DNA of 64,000 bases from Octopus sinensis (Eukaryota). Position numbers and translations under genes: made by a program. Where the stretch lies: positions 1-64,000 of the forward strand of contig NW_021833232.1 of NCBI RefSeq assembly GCF_006345805.1. Direction: 5' to 3'. This document shows positions 59,634-64,000 of this stretch, piece after piece (within the stretch, counting starts at the first letter, position 1; each line of letters opens with the position of its first letter). The notes beneath the pieces were generated by a model, which searched no databases, was not told where the DNA came from, and saw only the letters and a program-made list of their open reading frames with translations.

Positions 59634-60010
59634 CTGCTAACTCTTGCAAAGAGTGTGAACATTGAGAAATTCACTAAAGTGAGATGTGTACGCGTGTGTG
59701 TGTGTGTGTCTGTGCATGCGTGTACATATGTATGAATGTCTATATATGTGTGTGTGTGTGTGTTTGTACATATGTATGTGTATATATGGATGTGTTTGTA
59801 TATATATATATATGTATGTATGAGTATATATGTATGTGTGCATGTGTACATATGAACATGTGTATATATGTGTGTGTCTGTACATATGTGTATATGTGTG
59901 TGTGTAATTGTATATGTGTGTGTAAATATGTACATATGTGTGTGCGCATGTGTGTATATATATATCTATGTGTGGGTATATATACATTGTGTGTGTGTGT
60001 CCATGCATAT

Positions 60011-60407
60011 ACTCTTTTACTTGTTTCAGTCATTTGACTGTGGCCATGCTGGAGCACCACCTTTGTCAAGCAAATCGACCCCGGGACTTATTCTTTGTAA
60101 GCCTAGTACTTATTCTAACAGTCTCTTTTGCCGAACTGCTAAGTTACGGGGACATAAACACACCAGCATCGGTTGCCAAGCGATGTTGGGGGGACAAACA
60201 CAGACACACAAATACACACGCATACATATATATATATATATACACACACATATATACCAGTTTCCATCTATCAAATCCACTCACAAAGCTTTGGTCGGCC
60301 TGAGACTATAGTAGAAGACACTTGCCCAAAGTGCCATGCAGTGGGACTGAACCCAGAACCATGTGGTTGGTAAGCAAGCTACTTACCACACAGCCACTCC
60401 TGTGCCT
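60011..60407 (-). mobile_element. SINE family A
   Basis: Full-length copy. Further fragments are at 10262-10413, 13229-13383, 18085-18170, 60418-60545 and 61020-61210. Confidence 0.85.
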
Positions 60408-61254
60408 ATATATATAATTCTTTTTTCTCTTGGTTCAACCATTTGACTGCTGCCATTCTGGAGCACTGCATTGAAATGGTTAGTGAAACAAATCTGACTC
60501 TTACTGTGTCAGTCTTGTTTTGCTGAATTGCTAAGTTATTGGGATGCAAAAAATGGAAGAAAGTCCAGAGGTGAAAAGACTAACACACACACACAAAACC
60601 ATACACACACATACACACTCACACATGCACACACACATACACACACACATACACACATGCATGCACAAACACATATACACATGCACACACACACATACAT
60701 GCACACACATACACACATACACACACACATACACACATGCATGCACAAACACATATACACATGCACACACACATACACACATACATGCACAAACACATAT
60801 ACACATATAGACATGCACACACACACGCATACATACATGCACACACACACACACATACATGCACACACATACACACATGCACACACACATACACACATAC
60901 ATGCACAAACACATATACACATATAGACATGCACACACACACGCATACATACATGCACACGCATACACACATGCATGCACACTTACACACCCACGTGCAT
61001 GTTTGAGGTTTTGTGTTTGTTTCCCTCATTGCTTGATAACTGGTGTTGGTTAGTTTATATCCCTGTAATGGTAGCAGTTCATCAAACAGAGACTGATATA
61101 ATGTGTAGCAGACTTTAAGAAAATATGTAATAATTTGTTCGACTAAACTCTCTAAAGGCAGTGATCCAGCATGGCCAGTATCCAATGACTGAAACATGAC
61201 AGAGATAAAAGAAAATGGAATGTGTGTGTGTGTGTGTGTGTGTGTAATCATACA

Positions 61255-61285
<31 letters not shown>

Positions 61286-61286
<1 letters not shown>

Positions 61287-61608
61287 CATCATCATCATCA
61301 TTGTTTAACGTCCGTTCTCCATGCTAGAATGGGTTGGACGGTTTGACCGGGGATCTGGGAAGCCAGGAGGCTGCACCAGGCCCCATTCTGATCTGGCAGT
61401 GTTTCTACAGCTGGATGCCCTTCCTAACGCCAACCACTCCGTGAGTGTAGTGGGTGCTTTTTACGTGCCACCTGCACAGGCGCCAGGCGAGGCAGGCAAT
61501 GGCCACGATCGAATTGGTGCATTTTATGTGCCACTGGCACGGAAGCCAGTCAAGGCGGCGCTGGCATCGGCCACGATTCGGAGGGTGCTTTTTACGTGCC
61601 ACCGGCAT
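61286..61608 (-). mobile_element. Family B element
   Basis: Same tail and internal units. Confidence 0.8.
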
Positions 61609-63520
61609 GCACGTGTATGTACGAGTGTATATGTACGAGTGTATATGTACGAGTGTATATATGTGCATATATATATATATATATATATATGTTTATATAT
61701 ATGCATACATACATGCACTCACACATATACCTGTATGTGTCTATGGTAGCTTTGTTATATCTAGTGGAAATTTAGTAACTCATAAGGTACTTCATACAAG
61801 TCGTTGATCTTTTCAGAAAACACTAACTTCTTTTTAGAACTTCTAAAGTTTTTAGTATCAGATTCCATTTTAGTTTGAAAGGAGTTACGATACTTACAGC
61901 ATCTAATATTGGTAACTAATTCAAGGACGTCTGTCTCAAAAGGGACCAAGGTCTTTAACAGTAGGAGGGTATTTAACTGTCTTTGAACAATAATATTCCA
62001 AGAAACTTACCTATAAAGATAAATAGTCTTGTCACACTCCTGTAATAATAACCTGATAGTAACAGAGTTTTGAACCTCTCTTTCTCTAAAATGATTTTCA
62101 AGAAGGCAGCCCCTTACTACAATAATGCTCTAGTCAGTGACCTAAAAATAAACCTAGCAAAATTATTTGGTTTACTCCTCCTTTTTCTCTTAATGTAAAA
62201 ACTAACACAGGTAAAAGATTCCTATCTCCCCAAGACAAACAATTTCCAGAAAATCACAAGTACAAGAAAATATTTGAAAGATGATCTGTGAAATTATCAT
62301 ATAGCTGTTGTCCCAATATGAAGAGTATCATTTCATGAGATCAACACCAGGAGCCCATGCTGTCATAACTGTTGAGACCTAGAAACCTGTTCACTTCACC
62401 AACGATGTATGATTAAATCTCTCATGTATGAGTCAGAAGTTACTACACTGCTACATAATAACACAACCGATAAGAAGAGTTATATTGGACTTTGTGAAGG
62501 AGGATTCAAGAATTGCTTCCCTTTGACACAGGGACAAAAGCAAAGCTACTAAGTTGTCTAGTCACATATAGAGTTTGAAATCAAGTGCAACACTACATAT
62601 GATAAAGTGGAAAATAGTAAAAAAAATCCACACCATATGTTAAGGGATTAAAAAAATATAAGCTATGCACAGCTGAAAAAACTCAGATCCTTTTCAGATC
62701 TAAGCACTCTTACTCACTGCATAACACTAGATCTGAAATTTTCAGCAGTTGTAAGCATATGCCTAAGTTCCTGTAGAAGAATTGGGAAGTACCTCCCCTG
62801 CTAGATTATCTGCACCATAAACTCTAAGCCACTATATTTTCAGCCTTATAATAGACAGAATAACTCTTATTCTCCTTTTATTTTTTTTTATGATTATTTT
62901 TTTCATTTTCCAGTTTTACAACTTTCCACTTTTTATATATATTTCCTTCTTGCATTTGTTCCCATTTTGAGTTTTTTATGCTATGTGGGCAGTGTCTGAT
63001 GATTGTGCCAAGACACCAGATGTGTTTAAAAAACAATGCTTAGCATGCTCTCAACTACAAGAGTTGCAGTTGATCCAATCAACAGAACAGCCAGCTTGTG
63101 AAATTAATGTGCAAGTGGCTGAGCATTCAACAGCCACACGGACCCTTAATGTAGTTTCCAGGGACATGTAGCGTATTACAGAATGTGACAAGACTGACCC
63201 TTTGAAAGAAAGGCACAACTCAAGTTTTGGGGTCATGGGAAATAAAGGGGCTTGCTCGCTTGTAACATGCTGCTGGGGATTGAACAGATGATAAACCACC
63301 AAACCACGTGCCTTTCACACTACTACTACTACTACTACTACAACTACTACTGCTGCTGCTGCCACTACTGCTGCTGCTGCAGCTACAACATACAGGCACT
63401 ACAATAGATGTAAACACACATACATACCACTATCTACACAAACACACACAAGCACACACACACACATAAACAAACACACACACACCTTGGAAACCATTGT
63501 GTTATGTTGACCATTTAAAC

Positions 63521-63996
63521 TTGTGGTTCTCAACCTTTTTTCCACTTATGGACCCCTCTGATCCCTCTTTTACTCAGATGGACATCCTATAAACATTTGA
63601 TGTCGAAAAAACCTTATTATATTTTTTATAATTAAACATTATTATGAATTGTATATAAAAGAAAATATTTTGTTTATCACAGAAGTATAACCTAATTATT
63701 GTGCATAAATTTCTACAACAAAATCTTATATGAACCCTTAACCCTTTAGTATTTAAACAGGCCATATCCGGCCCAAATATTCTACCTGCTTTATGTTCTA
63801 ACTAGTCAGATCCCACCTATCACACCTACCCTTCAATGCCATTCTAGAAATATACAATCTCATCATCAAAACTTTATAGCTACAAAATAAAGCTTGATTA
63901 ATTATAAACGATGTCAATGAAAAATCATTACATTTGACAAAATAATCTGAATACGAAAGGGTTAAGGGTCATGTGGGCCCCGGTTGAGAACCACTG
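63521..63996. mobile_element. hAT (MER5-like) MITE
   Basis: Ends are ttGTGGTTCTCAACC and GGTTGAGAACCACTG. The TSD cannot be checked at the window edge. Confidence 0.65.
63742..63961. mobile_element. piggyBac-type MITE nested in the hAT MITE
   Basis: TTAA|CCCTTTAGTATT...AATACGAAAGGG|TTAA: a TTAA duplication and CCC/GGG termini. Confidence 0.8.
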
Positions 63997-64000
63997 ATGT

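Noticed and set aside
61740-62980. Longest stretch of non-repetitive sequence, examined for the next IA-2 exon
   Set aside because: No EEP or NMDISTGH-like frame with splice sites was found; left unannotated.

Overview
Eukaryotic, AT-rich, microsatellite-saturated genomic DNA. The SINE repertoire and simple-repeat load point to an Octopus or other coleoid cephalopod (inference). The only supported protein-coding content is three + strand exons of the IA-2/PTPRN receptor-type phosphatase-like gene: 856-923 (end of the ectodomain), 13006-13194 (transmembrane and juxtamembrane) and 19459-19589 (DLCRQKM...SPSSRSSTSSW). They splice in frame. I found no further exon, so 19590-64000 appears to be one intron of more than 44 kb. 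The introns contain at least four SINE-like families, RTE, CR1 and R4/Dong LINE 3' fragments, hAT and piggyBac-type MITEs, foldback elements, a 1.9-kb tandem duplication and a roughly 17-kb array of a 106-bp satellite, which explains all the giant ORFs. The most notable observation is a set of type I hammerhead ribozyme motifs with palindromic, essentially loop-less stem III, the Penelope/retrozyme dimeric type. Two are canonical (10907-10999 on +, sense to IA-2; 16071-16152 on -). One is near-canonical and lies in the loop of a foldback (14139-14202 on -). A variant pair lies in the arms of a 700-bp palindrome (27861-27934 on -, 28441-28514 on +), and there is a half-motif at 607-624. All folds were done by hand and activity is untested.
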